Positions 34,115-44,833 of a stretch of 64,000 nt of DNA are shown in pieces. How positions within the stretch are numbered: the stretch's first letter is position 1; every line of letters begins with the position of its first letter. The stretch lies in IMG/VR virus record IMGVR_UViG_3300044712_002668, positions 248,001 through 312,000 of that record; one strand, 5' to 3'. Under the pieces are notes generated by a model. That model was not told the origin of the DNA. It made no database searches and saw only the letters and a program-made list of their open reading frames with translations. A program made the position numbers and the translations under genes.

Positions 34115-34359
34115 TCCTGAATAAACATAATTGGATGAGAGAAGAGGATGGCGCTGGCTATGGTCATGGCGATGGTCATGGCGATGGTTGTGGCGATGGT
34201 AATGGTTGCAATAGTGACTCCAGTAGTCATTATTATTATCGTCATGGCCGTGGTTATGCTGATGGATTTGGTTTTGGAACAGGTATTGGCGAAGGAAGTG
34301 GCCGTAATCCTGGTTGTGGTTATAATGGTTATGGCGATGGAATTTTATATGAAAGATGA
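34102..34359 (+). CDS. Gly-rich small protein, MKVxILxKEDW family (TTG start)
   Basis: (M)RVLILNKHNW; GYADG. Confidence 0.7.
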   Translation: MRVLILNKHNWMREEDGAGYGHGDGHGDGCGDGNGCNSDSSSHYYYRHGRGYADGFGFGTGIGEGSGRNPGCGYNGYGDGILYER

Positions 34360-34888
34360 CATCGTAACAATACAGATGACTCGTGCTCAGGCCGAGTACG
34401 TTGAAAAATGCGTTGATGCAAGAAGGATAAAAGGTTCAAAAGGTAGAGAGTTCGCTGCTTGGAGAGCTATAAAGAAAGCCCTTGGCACTTGGAAAGAAGA
34501 AAATAAAACCAAATGACAAGAGAACAAACAATAGGTTTGGCTGTTTCATATTTGATTATCGATGGTCTACGAGATCATACTCAGATCTTTCACACCATCC
34601 AACGTGCCTGTGAATTGGCTCGCACCAAAACTCCAGACGTTATCATTACAAGAGACCATGCCGTTGCTCTAAGAAATCTCTCCGGCCTTGAATATGAACT
34701 TCTTAAAATAAAAGATGTTTCATTGGAAGAAGTTTGTAATGCTTTTGTTCTTCGTAGAACTAATATGATAGAGGATTATAAGAATCTTCTTGATGCTTCC
34801 GATGGAGATGAAAATGATAGTCTCCTGGTTTGGTTGAGGGAACAAGCAAAGATTCTAGGTCTGGAAATAGAAAGATAATGGTGCTGCC

Positions 34889-37144
34889 ATGATGCAGAAT
34901 CGCTATCCAGGTAAGTGTCAGAGTTGTAATGTTCCCTTGGCTGCTGGAGAAGGTTTCGCTTACAAGAACGGTTATCGTTGGCTTCAATGTTGTAACTCAA
35001 CCGCTTGTATCAATCGTCTGGGTTTGAAAGCCCCCGCTTCCGCTGATATTCGCGGAGAACGAAAGATTACCGAGATTGGTGAGATTATCATGGGATTTGA
35101 TAGGGATGCCGTTCCTCTTATCAAATCTCTTCCTGGGGCTCGTTGGAACCCTGACAATAAGCTTTGGACTGTCTCTGTTATTCCTCGTGACCTTCCCCGT
35201 GTCATTGAGGTTTGCGATCAGTTGAAGCTGGATATTCCAGAATCTCTCAGGGCTTCTTTGAATGCCGGAACCGTGGACAGCAACAAGGCCCGAGCGAGAG
35301 CCGAAGCTGCTCGCCGCCATGATGGCAAAACTTTGTTCGAGTTCCAAAAGGATGGCGTTGTTTTCTTGGCTCTGCACGATCATGCACTCCTAGCGGACGA
35401 TATGGGACTTGGAAAGAGCGTGCAGGCTCTTGTTGCTCTCCCTGATAATGCTCAGGTGCTTCTAATCTGCCCGGCTGCTGTAAAGTATAACTGGCAGAAC
35501 GAAGCCAAGATGTGGCGTCCCGAATTTGAAACCATCGTTTGTGAAGGCAAGGATTCCTTTGTTCTTCCCAAGCCTAATCAAATTGTTATCATCAATTATG
35601 AAATCCTTCCCGCCTTTCTGGTTCCCAAAGAAGTTGAAGGTAAACTCACCAAGAGTGGTAAGCCATATAAGGAAGCTCCCATTCCTGATGATATCAGAAA
35701 GGAATTGAAGAATGTTATTTTGATTGGGGATGAGTTCCATAAGGTAAAGAATTATAAGAGCATGATGTCCCAGAAGATTGGGGCTATGACCAAACTCTGC
35801 AAGGTTGTTTGGGCTCTTACCGGTACTCCTCTTATGACTCGCCCTCAGGATTTGTTTGGGATGTTGGCATCTGGCAACATGTATCCATTTGGTTCATGGG
35901 ACAAGTTTGTTGAGAGGTTCAACGGATATAGAGGGCAGTATGGAATAGTATTTGGGAATCCCAAGCCGGAAGTTCCGGAGATGTTGAAGCGAGTATCTAT
36001 TCGCCGTTTGAAGACTGAGGTTTTGAAGGATCTTCCCACGAAGATTTATAAGGATATCCTTGTTGATATTGATAAGACTTTGAAGAAGTATCTTGATAAG
36101 GTTACATTGGAGATTGCAATCAATCAGGGACATGTAATTACTGATGAAGAGATTGCTGATGCCAAAAAGAATATGGATGATGTGGCTTTGAAGATTAATA
36201 TGAATGACCTTCCTAACTTCAAGGAGTTCTCCACTATCAGGCGTATGTTGGCTGAGGCCAGAATCCCTGCCATGATGGAGATTGTTGAGAGTTATGAGGA
36301 TAGCGAAACTCCTCTGGTTGTTTTCTCCGCTCATACCAAGCCTCTTGAGGAACTTGGTAAGCGTGATGGTTGGGGTATTATTACTGGTGATACTCCCGCT
36401 GTTACTCGTGAAAAGGCCAAGCAGGATTTCCAAGCCGGTAAGTTGAAGGGTATCGCTGTTGCTATCAAGGCAGGTGGTGTGGGTATTACACTCACACATG
36501 CTAGTCATGCATTGTTTGTGGATTTGGATTGGACGCCTGGATTGAATATACAGGCTGAGGATCGTATTTGCCGGATTGGAGCAACAACCGAGAATGTATT
36601 GATTCAGAGGATGACATCAAATCATCCAATGGATCAGCATATTAATAAGTTGATTTGCAAGAAGATAGCATTGATGTATGAGGCATTGGACAAGTCAATC
36701 AAGGTCAAGCCGTTGAAGAAGCGGCCTGAGAAGATTGAATTGGTAGAGGAGACTGAGGCTGATATGTTGGCGCGAATTGAAGCGGCCGGCAAGGAAGCTG
36801 AAAAGCAATTTTACAAGGATAAGGTTCATGGAATTTTGGGAAGGGAGTTGGCAAGGGCAGAAGGAATACCGGAACCCAAGCTTACACCCAAGCGCAAGGA
36901 ATTGATATTGAGGGCTTTGGATTATATGGCATCTCGTTGTGATGGAGCTGAGAGCCGGGATTATATGGGTTTCAATAAGCCCGATGCGGCGATTGCTCAA
37001 TGGTTGTATGGAGCTGAGTTTGCAGAGGATGAAGTAATCTGGAGGGTTACCGAAAGAATTTTGAGTAGGTATTATAGGCAGCTTGTTACCATTGGTAAGG
37101 AGTTTGGAGAGGACTTTACTGCTATCTGGAAGCCAGATGTATAA
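34889..37144 (+). CDS. SNF2-family (SMARCAL1/HARP-like) helicase
   Basis: LLADDMGLGKS, DEFH, LTGTP, GVGITL, QAEDRICRIG. Confidence 0.9.
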   Translation: MMQNRYPGKCQSCNVPLAAGEGFAYKNGYRWLQCCNSTACINRLGLKAPASADIRGERKITEIGEIIMGFDRDAVPLIKSLPGARWNPDNKLWTVSVIPRDLPRVIEVCDQLKLDIPESLRASLNAGTVDSNKARARAEAARRHDGKTLFEFQKDGVVFLALHDHALLADDMGLGKSVQALVALPDNAQVLLICPAAVKYNWQNEAKMWRPEFETIVCEGKDSFVLPKPNQIVIINYEILPAFLVPKEVEGKLTKSGKPYKEAPIPDDIRKELKNVILIGDEFHKVKNYKSMMSQKIGAMTKLCKVVWALTGTPLMTRPQDLFGMLASGNMYPFGSWDKFVERFNGYRGQYGIVFGNPKPEVPEMLKRVSIRRLKTEVLKDLPTKIYKDILVDIDKTLKKYLDKVTLEIAINQGHVITDEEIADAKKNMDDVALKINMNDLPNFKEFSTIRRMLAEARIPAMMEIVESYEDSETPLVVFSAHTKPLEELGKRDGWGIITGDTPAVTREKAKQDFQAGKLKGIAVAIKAGGVGITLTHASHALFVDLDWTPGLNIQAEDRICRIGATTENVLIQRMTSNHPMDQHINKLICKKIALMYEALDKSIKVKPLKKRPEKIELVEETEADMLARIEAAGKEAEKQFYKDKVHGILGRELARAEGIPEPKLTPKRKELILRALDYMASRCDGAESRDYMGFNKPDAAIAQWLYGAEFAEDEVIWRVTERILSRYYRQLVTIGKEFGEDFTAIWKPDV

Positions 37145-38397
37145 ATATGTTAAAGTCTAACACCAAGATTTCTGGTATTTATTTCCTTTCGGATCATGCC
37201 GGAGATATATGCCTGGTTAAAGAAGATACATATACTCCCGATGAAAAGTATTTGGACAATTATTATGTCACTGTAATCAAGGAAGATAAAGAAGAAAAGG
37301 TATTGATACTGGATAATTATGGCGATGAATGGTTGACTGGAAAGATAAGGAAGAGACTATTTGGAACCAAGAATCATACGATTGGATTGAATACTTCCGA
37401 TGGTCATATTTATCTGGTGAGTGCATCTGCTGAACCTGGAAGCGATGTATATGATTTGTTCTTGTCTGATTTTGCCAATGACACACCTATCTTCCTACCT
37501 AAGGGATATCTATCAAAACTTGATGAGTTGAAGAGTTGTAAGAGGCCATATGTTCTTTACATAGCTCCATGGGCAATGATGCATTTCATGGATAGGGATT
37601 TTGGTTATGACAAGTTGATTGAGCATTTGATTATTCAATTTGATTTCGATCCTTATCTTGAAGTTTACAATGATAGTTATCGTACTGTAACGGCATGGAA
37701 TAAAACCTGATGAGTGATATGTTTGAAAGATTTACCAATGGTGAAGACCCTGTTACGGCAGATCTTTTGGAGAAACTAAAGCAAGGCAAGGATCTAAGGC
37801 TTGCTCTTATTCGTCATCTTCAAACTCTCAGCGTTGGTTCGGAAGAGAACCTAAGAGTTCAAGCTATCTCTCTTCTGTATCTGGCCGCTCATGCCTTTAT
37901 CGGCAAGCCATCCGATAAAGAGATGTTGAGCTTGGCTTTTGGAATTGCTTCCGAAAAGATGTTTGAGATTGTTTATAAGGTAAAAACAAATGGCCCTGGC
38001 AATCTCTCTTGAAAAATTATTCTTTCTCTTAAGAAATCTTTTTGAGATGATAATTATAAATCTTTTTCCTAAACTATACCAAAGAAAGTTTTATTCTTCT
38101 TCAATGCCATTGCCTTTATTTACTGCAGTATCAAGCAATCATTGGTCTGTAAGGTACTTCAATCTTTTTCCAAGTGCTATAGTTCGAAGATTCAAGATTA
38201 TGACCAAGGAAGAATTTATGAAGTTCATGGATGAATGTATAGATTATGCTCCTGATTATAAATCTCAATTCATGCTTAATAAACATAAGAAAAATTTCGA
38301 GGAGCTGACCAGAGATTCTGACTTGACAAACAAAGCTTTTCTGTCAAAATGACCTTTGGTCATTTCGTAAACCAGCACAAAACAAGGAAACACAACC

Positions 38398-38436
38398 ATG
38401 GCATCTCACTCCACCGGTAGTTTTACGATTGGTTTT
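38398..38436 (+). pseudogene. Orphaned 5' fragment of the ku gene
   Basis: Encodes MASHSTGSFTIGF versus the ku start MASHSTGSFVIGF; has its own AAGGAA RBS and an upstream TTGACA at 38323. Confidence 0.8.
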
Positions 38437-39328
38437 GTAGTTTATTCCAATCAGATTCCCAAATTGATTTAATTGTGTACCCGGCTTCTATTAATATCTT
38501 CTCTTTAAGAATTGTGTTATCGTAAAGAGCACCATAAGTTATTTTATTTTTTGGATTTATATCTGTAGGTTTGTATAGTTTAGGGTTACCATGCCAAGAA
38601 TCACCGTTGAATTCGTATACCGTTTTTGTTTCTGGATCATAACCATCAGCCTTAAATCTTTTTTCTCCAATATGAATGGTTACCTCTCTGTGTAATGGGT
38701 CATCTGGAATGCCTAGAGAATCCAACCATTTGTTTTGTTTGTATGTATTTAGACATTTAGGACATCCATTACCAGCTAAATGATTACTTGGACTTTGTTT
38801 AAAGCCTCCGTGTTTGTGACATGTTATTGTTATTTTTATTCTGTTATTTGTGTATACTACATTTTCATATGAATATTTTCCATTATGAATCTTATTAGCT
38901 TTAATGATAAATGATTCTTTATCCATGTTTGTAGTACCTCCACATTTTTGACATCCTTTACCAACCAAATGATTATGTGGTGTTTGTTCAAACTCTCCAT
39001 GCTCTTGACATACTATAATTACTTTTTTGTAATTTCCTATATATACAACTTTGTTGTATGAGTATTTTTCTCCATGAACTTTATTAGCCTTTTTAATAAA
39101 CTCTTCTGTATTTGAGCGCTTAGCGTTACCAATTTTATTTGGCATACATTTTGGACACCCCTGACCACGAAAATGACCGTCTGGTGTTTGCTCAAAGTTT
39201 CCATGTTTTTTACATGTTATTGTTATTTTTATTCTGTTATTTATGTATTTAGCGTTTTCATATGAGTATTCTCCGTCATGAATATTTGTCGCTTTTGTTA
39301 TAAATTCTTTTGTTGTAAGTCGTTTCAT
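38423..39328 (-). mobile_element. Putative homing endonuclease: three Cys/His repeats (DUF723/CapR-like) plus a PD-(D/E)XK/Vsr-like nuclease
   Basis: Three YSY..V.Y......I.C..HG.F.Q.P..H..G.GC.KC repeats; ADGYD..VYEFNGDSWHG. Confidence 0.75.
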
Positions 39329-39387
39329 ATAATAATTTATTATGAAACAACAGAAAACCTACTCGACACAAAAAGAAAGAAAAAACA

Positions 39388-40260
39388 ATGGCATCTCACT
39401 CCACTGGTAGCTTTGTAATTGGTTTCGGACCTCTCACGTGTATGGTAAAGACCTACGTTTCAGCATCACCAACTCGTATTGGGTTCAAGTGGATCAATAA
39501 GAAGACGGGTAATCTTGTTGGTCAGAAGAAGTTTGACAAGGTAACTAACGAGGAAGTTCAGCAAGCAGATATTATTAATGGATATGAATATTCCAAGGAT
39601 AAGTATCTACACTTTACTGATGTAGAGGTAGATAATATGCAGGCTACGAAGAAGGATACGATGGAGATTGCGGAGTTCGTTCCGATCAGTTCCATTGATC
39701 CGTTGCAGGTAGAGAAGACGTTTTACCTACAGCCTGATAAGGGTCAGGATGGTAATTACAAGTTGTTCTCTGTTGTTCTAGCCAAGTGTGGCAGGGCTGC
39801 TGTTGGTAAGTGGGTATCACGAGGCAAGGAACATCTTGTTGTGATTCGTGCTTATCAGCATGGAATTATTATGCACCAGATGTTCTATCATAATGAGGTG
39901 CGTGGTTTTGAGGATAAGTGTTCTGCTGTTCCGCTCAATGAGAGGAACGTAAAGATTGCTGAGGAAATGATTTCTTATGGTTTGAGTGAGACGTTTGATT
40001 CCAAGAAGTATGCAGATATGTTTGTTGATAAGTTGAATGCTGCCGTGGCAAAGAAGTTGGCCAATCCTGATGAGCCGATTACTGCTGATACCGGAGCTGC
40101 TTTGAAGGTTATTGATCAGGGCGATGCAATGCTCGCTTGGCTTGATGCAAAGCGTAAGGAGAAGGCCCAGCCTGTTGCCGAGCCTGTTGTTGAGAAGCCT
40201 GAGCCTCTCAAGTTGACCTCCAAGCCTGCCAAGAAGGCCAGGGCAAAGAAGGCTTCTTAA
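39388..40260 (+). CDS. ku: Ku DNA end-binding protein
   Basis: GSFVIGFG..., INGYEYSKDKY, IAEFVP..IDP, FYLQPD, basic C-terminal tail. Confidence 0.88.
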   Translation: MASHSTGSFVIGFGPLTCMVKTYVSASPTRIGFKWINKKTGNLVGQKKFDKVTNEEVQQADIINGYEYSKDKYLHFTDVEVDNMQATKKDTMEIAEFVPISSIDPLQVEKTFYLQPDKGQDGNYKLFSVVLAKCGRAAVGKWVSRGKEHLVVIRAYQHGIIMHQMFYHNEVRGFEDKCSAVPLNERNVKIAEEMISYGLSETFDSKKYADMFVDKLNAAVAKKLANPDEPITADTGAALKVIDQGDAMLAWLDAKRKEKAQPVAEPVVEKPEPLKLTSKPAKKARAKKAS

Positions 40261-41063
40261 AGATCCCACTCTTCTAGATCAGTAGGTATCTCAGGTTTCT
40301 GTCCTTCTTGACTCATCATTTCTTCGTAATGAGCTCTTAACCCTCTAAGACCGTGTATTTTTACTCTTCTATTAGTAATACTTTCCATAAGTAATTTTTT
40401 GTTATGTGCGGCTGCTTGAATAGCAATGCTATCTTTTTCTAGATAACCTTCCATTTTATCATGTCTTTTCCATTCTGCTTCATCTTCTAGATTCAATTGT
40501 CTTAGTTTATGTATGCGATTATCTATCTCTTCTATTTTCTTAGCCCAAATACTTGCTTGCTTTACAATAGATCTATATGTTTCGATGGCACCTGTGCTAT
40601 TCATACCTGGATTACATTTGTAAGCTGGTGCTACTAATCTACCACCAGGCGTATAAATATCCCAATATACACCAGCAGTATCCATATATCGGTTATATTT
40701 CTTGAAGCTAGTGTTTTTGGAAATAGCATCATTTCTTTGAATTGTTTCAACAAATCTTTGGTTTTCTGGAGTATTAACAAACCCCTGATCAAGGATTTGT
40801 TTAATGTGATCATTGTCTATGTTACGTTTCTTATCAGAAGCACGTTCTGCGTTTAGTTCTTGCTGAGCCTTCTGTTGTTGAGCTTGTTGTTTAGCCTGCT
40901 GAAAAGTCTGAACTTGCTGTTGAGCCTGCTGAGTAGCTGGACCAATTTTTGGTTGCAAAGTTTTTGCTTGTTCCCATGGCCAAGCAGCTTGCTTTACAAT
41001 AGATCTATACGTTTCGATGGCAACTTTCTTCGCGGCAGCTAATGCAATTTTCTTGGTGTTCAT
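40257..41063 (-). CDS. Hypothetical (possible virion) protein with AIETYRSIVKQA present twice
   Basis: Motif occurs N-terminally and internally; shared with 57419..57661. Confidence 0.6.
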   Translation of the reverse strand: MNTKKIALAAAKKVAIETYRSIVKQAAWPWEQAKTLQPKIGPATQQAQQQVQTFQQAKQQAQQQKAQQELNAERASDKKRNIDNDHIKQILDQGFVNTPENQRFVETIQRNDAISKNTSFKKYNRYMDTAGVYWDIYTPGGRLVAPAYKCNPGMNSTGAIETYRSIVKQASIWAKKIEEIDNRIHKLRQLNLEDEAEWKRHDKMEGYLEKDSIAIQAAAHNKKLLMESITNRRVKIHGLRGLRAHYEEMMSQEGQKPEIPTDLEEWDL

Positions 41064-41110
41064 GTTTTTATGTGTAAGTATGTATATACAAAAACAAAAT
41101 CAAAAAGTAT

Positions 41111-41575
41111 ATGAGAAACACCCTCCTGATTAGTTTTATAGTTCTACTTTTTCCTCTCTCTGCAAGTGGAGATTCAAATGATTTCAATCAGAACATTGGA
41201 GGAAGATGGAGCACTCCACAGGGAGGAACCATGATTATCTCTCAATGTCGTGGTTGTGATATCATTACTGTTACTTATCGTTCTTCAGATATTCCGGTTG
41301 GTAGTTTGACCTTTAAAACAGATTTGTATGGAATTGACAATACCACCTTCCGGTTGGCTGGAAGGTCTCAGGATGAGGCTTTCCGTGCCAAGGATGGGTG
41401 GATTTGCACCATGAGGGGGCTCACCCTCTCGGTTCGTGGTAAGCTCCTGGGCAAGTGGCCTACTCGCGAAATCGAGGCTTCCACTTGCTTCGCCTCCGGT
41501 TCTATCGGCTGCGAAAAAGGAGATAAACTTAATACCAAATTCTTCAGGTCTGAATGTGATGGTACCTGGAAATGA
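41111..41575 (+). CDS. Secreted/periplasmic hypothetical protein
   Basis: Signal peptide MRNTLLISFIVLLFPLSASG; six Cys. Confidence 0.6.
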   Translation: MRNTLLISFIVLLFPLSASGDSNDFNQNIGGRWSTPQGGTMIISQCRGCDIITVTYRSSDIPVGSLTFKTDLYGIDNTTFRLAGRSQDEAFRAKDGWICTMRGLTLSVRGKLLGKWPTREIEASTCFASGSIGCEKGDKLNTKFFRSECDGTWK

Positions 41576-43833
41576 AAATGTACCATATAAGAGTTTTCGA
41601 TCCTGAAGAAGGTTTCGTTACCAAAGCTACCGTTCCTTTCGATAATATTTATCCTTCTGTATACAAAATGTTTCCTGATTCTAAAGTTGTTTGGCTAGAT
41701 GATTTCAATGAGGCTGAAATTATAGATGAGAATAATTTGATTCTAGCAGAATTGTTTGTAGTATATACAGAGGACAATCATGCTGACTCCTGATACCATC
41801 CAGATTTTGAATGATACTATTGAAGATACCGAATCTCTAACTCTAAGAAACAAGATTGTAAGTATCCTTACTTCCAATCATATTAGTTATCATCAAGCTG
41901 TAATTAATTTGATTACCTTGGCTGTATCTGTTGCAAGGAGTGATGGTCTAAGTAAAGAAGGTTTTGTAGATATCGCAAAACATATTTATGACAATATCCA
42001 GTTTGTAAATAATCCTGATAGTGAGAAAGGCAGCAACTAAATGAACAACCAAATAAGACTTATAAAGTTGACTCCGCAGCTTGAAGCTCTACAGAAATTT
42101 GTCAATGATAATATCATTACTCCTCGTAATGGAGCAATGACTGCTCAGGAAATCTATAACAAATTCGGCAAGCATAATACTTCATTGGACAAGGATGATT
42201 TCATCCAGGCATTCCGGTTTGCAATTCATGAGGGAAAGATTACTGGAATTGCAGGAAGCGGAAAGGGAGGTTACAAGAGAGCGGATCTTGTAAAGCCTCG
42301 TAAGAACCGTTCTCCTCGTACCCCTGTGTTTGAACCTGTTGCTGAAGCCTCTTCCGATTCTTCTGTAGAAGAGGAAGAGGTTGTTGAGGATGATAAGGTT
42401 GGTATTGATATCCGTATCGGTTCCTATCGTTTGGTTCCCCTTGATAAGAGAAATTGGGGATTGCAGAAGAAGAATGGTAACGATTGGATTACGCAGGGAT
42501 ATTATAGCAAGCTTCGTGAAGCATTGACTGGGGTTGCCAGTAAGTTGATTGATAAGCAGCTAAAGAGTTCTCCCAAGACTATCAAGGAACTTGGTGAACT
42601 TGTTAGCCTTATCAAGGTTGCTGAAAAGAATTTGATCTCAAATATGGAGAAGATGGTTTATGAGCATAAGCAGGAGCAGGACAATGCGTAGCACTAAAAC
42701 CTTCTCGGTTGTTGATAAAGATGGTAATGTTCTTTATCAGTTGAAAGACCTTCCTATCAATCATCCTTCCCTGATTCTAGTTACTCTACCCATCGCTCTT
42801 GAGAGTTTTGAACTCAACCAGCGTGTAAAGGGTACTGATTTGGTGCGTAATATCATATACATCGAAAGAACTCGATGACTACTGAGAACAACATTACAGT
42901 GTTGATGAGCGTTTCAAAGGAATGGGTTGAGCAGAATAGAGATAAGTATTTCTTTTCGGTAGAGCGTGATAGTTATGATAGTGTTGATATCCGTATTAGT
43001 ACAAAGATTAGTGTAGAAGATTTTCTTAAGAATGAGGAAGTTTTTTATAAGCAACCTGAGAGAGCTTCTGATGAGGAGTTCTGGAAGGTTATAGAGGGTT
43101 GTGATTGGGCAAAGGATTTTGATTTCAAGAGAGTCAAGAAGTTCTTGATTTCTAAGTATAGAGATGATGTAGATGGTTTGGATAAGTTCAGGGAGGCATA
43201 TACCAAGAAGCGTGGAAAGTTGGGCAAGGTTGCCAGGAATCTTAAATTGGGACTTGGCGATGATAGCTACGGTGATTTGCTTGCCCATATCATTGGTCTT
43301 GGTCAGGATGAGTTTGATAAGTGTATTGATAATCCTAAGCTCATTGAAATTCGTGCCAGGAAGAATGCTTTCGTAGAGAGTTTTGCATATAGCATTCCAT
43401 ATGCTAGTGATTTCAAGTGTATGGAATTGTCCTACTATAAAGAACAAGCTCAAAGGATTATTGATGATTTGGAGGGGCTGGATTGTAAAGCAGCCAAGGA
43501 TACCATCAAGTTGTGTGGTTTGTTGTTGGAGGGAGATATTGAGGGATTCCTCAGGTATGAGGAAGGTTTGAGGGATAACGCTACGGTGCTTCGCAGTGAT
43601 TGTAGTTTGGGATGGTTGATAGAGAATACCATTAGTGATTTGAGATTGTATGGAGAATTCATCCGTTGATGAATTGATTCTGGATATTGCAGAAAAATTT
43701 CATGTACCACAAAATAAAGTAGGGTTATCCAGAGTTTCTCATGGATGGTTGGCCGATATCAGGGTTGGCGGACATACCTATGAGTATGAGGCCAGCTCTG
43801 ATATCGAAGCTTTGAAGGGATTGTTATCACATC

Positions 43834-44793
43834 CTATTTGATTTGATTATAAACATCTTTAAATAATCTTGCTATCTTTACAAGCTCACTTATATGTGAG
43901 CTTTTTTTATTCTTACCAAACACACCAGAGATATACTTTTCTGCTTCTTGCAGGGTTTTCAATGGTTCCTTCCTTAATACGGATTCGTGTTTGGTTGCTT
44001 TACCATGAGCCTTTTCATAATTATCCCCATCATAAATCATATGTTCACACTCTATGATTTCATGAATGAGTATAGGGATGAGTTCTTTCTTTTCATAGTG
44101 TGATTCAATCCATATCGTATTGTTTGGTACATAGGAATACCTTCCAGGGTTTCCTCCCATAACAAAATCAGTATCAAACTTCTGACGTACCAAATTACCA
44201 TCTACAAGATTTACTTTATAACCGTATACTTCGCCAATTTCTTTTGTAACAACATCTTTATCAGAGATGTTTTTATGTTTTTTATATTTATCCATTCTCT
44301 TTTCTGGAGAATCTTTCTCTTTCCATAAAACAATTATACGTTTATCTACGGGTTTTTTATGGTTATCCTTTGGAAATGTAAACCATATCGGAGCGAATTC
44401 TTTTTGTGTGATGATTTTATATTCACCAACTGAAGGATCCATTATCTCTATCTCTGTATCGTTGATGTCAGATACTACAGAATAATGAGAATCATCATTG
44501 CTAAACCACTCTACAATGATTTGATAATTCTCTTTCAATAATTTCTCTACTTCTTTAAAAGAAGAATTGTTTTTTATATAACCTTTAAGATTATATTTCT
44601 TGGCACCGCTTAAAAGATCTTCAGCTTCTATACCATGCTCTTCAGTGGCACCGATATTCTTGGCAATATCTTCCAACTCTTCATGGGTATTATAGAAATG
44701 CAGGATGCTTTTCAGACATGCCGGTCCACAGAAACCTGGGGTCTGATCAATCGCTATAGGTTTTTTATAAAACTTTTCTTCAGCTTTCGTCAT
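43834..44793 (-). CDS. Peptidase C39-like domain fused to an HExxE domain
   Basis: Q..GFCGPACL, SHYSVV, IMDPS; C-terminal VDG..VR...IWIE...HEIIE...AHGKA. Confidence 0.75.
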   Translation of the reverse strand: MTKAEEKFYKKPIAIDQTPGFCGPACLKSILHFYNTHEELEDIAKNIGATEEHGIEAEDLLSGAKKYNLKGYIKNNSSFKEVEKLLKENYQIIVEWFSNDDSHYSVVSDINDTEIEIMDPSVGEYKIITQKEFAPIWFTFPKDNHKKPVDKRIIVLWKEKDSPEKRMDKYKKHKNISDKDVVTKEIGEVYGYKVNLVDGNLVRQKFDTDFVMGGNPGRYSYVPNNTIWIESHYEKKELIPILIHEIIECEHMIYDGDNYEKAHGKATKHESVLRKEPLKTLQEAEKYISGVFGKNKKSSHISELVKIARLFKDVYNQIK

Positions 44794-44833
44794 ACATTAA
44801 ATTCTGTAATATGCGATGACTAAGGTGCAGTAA

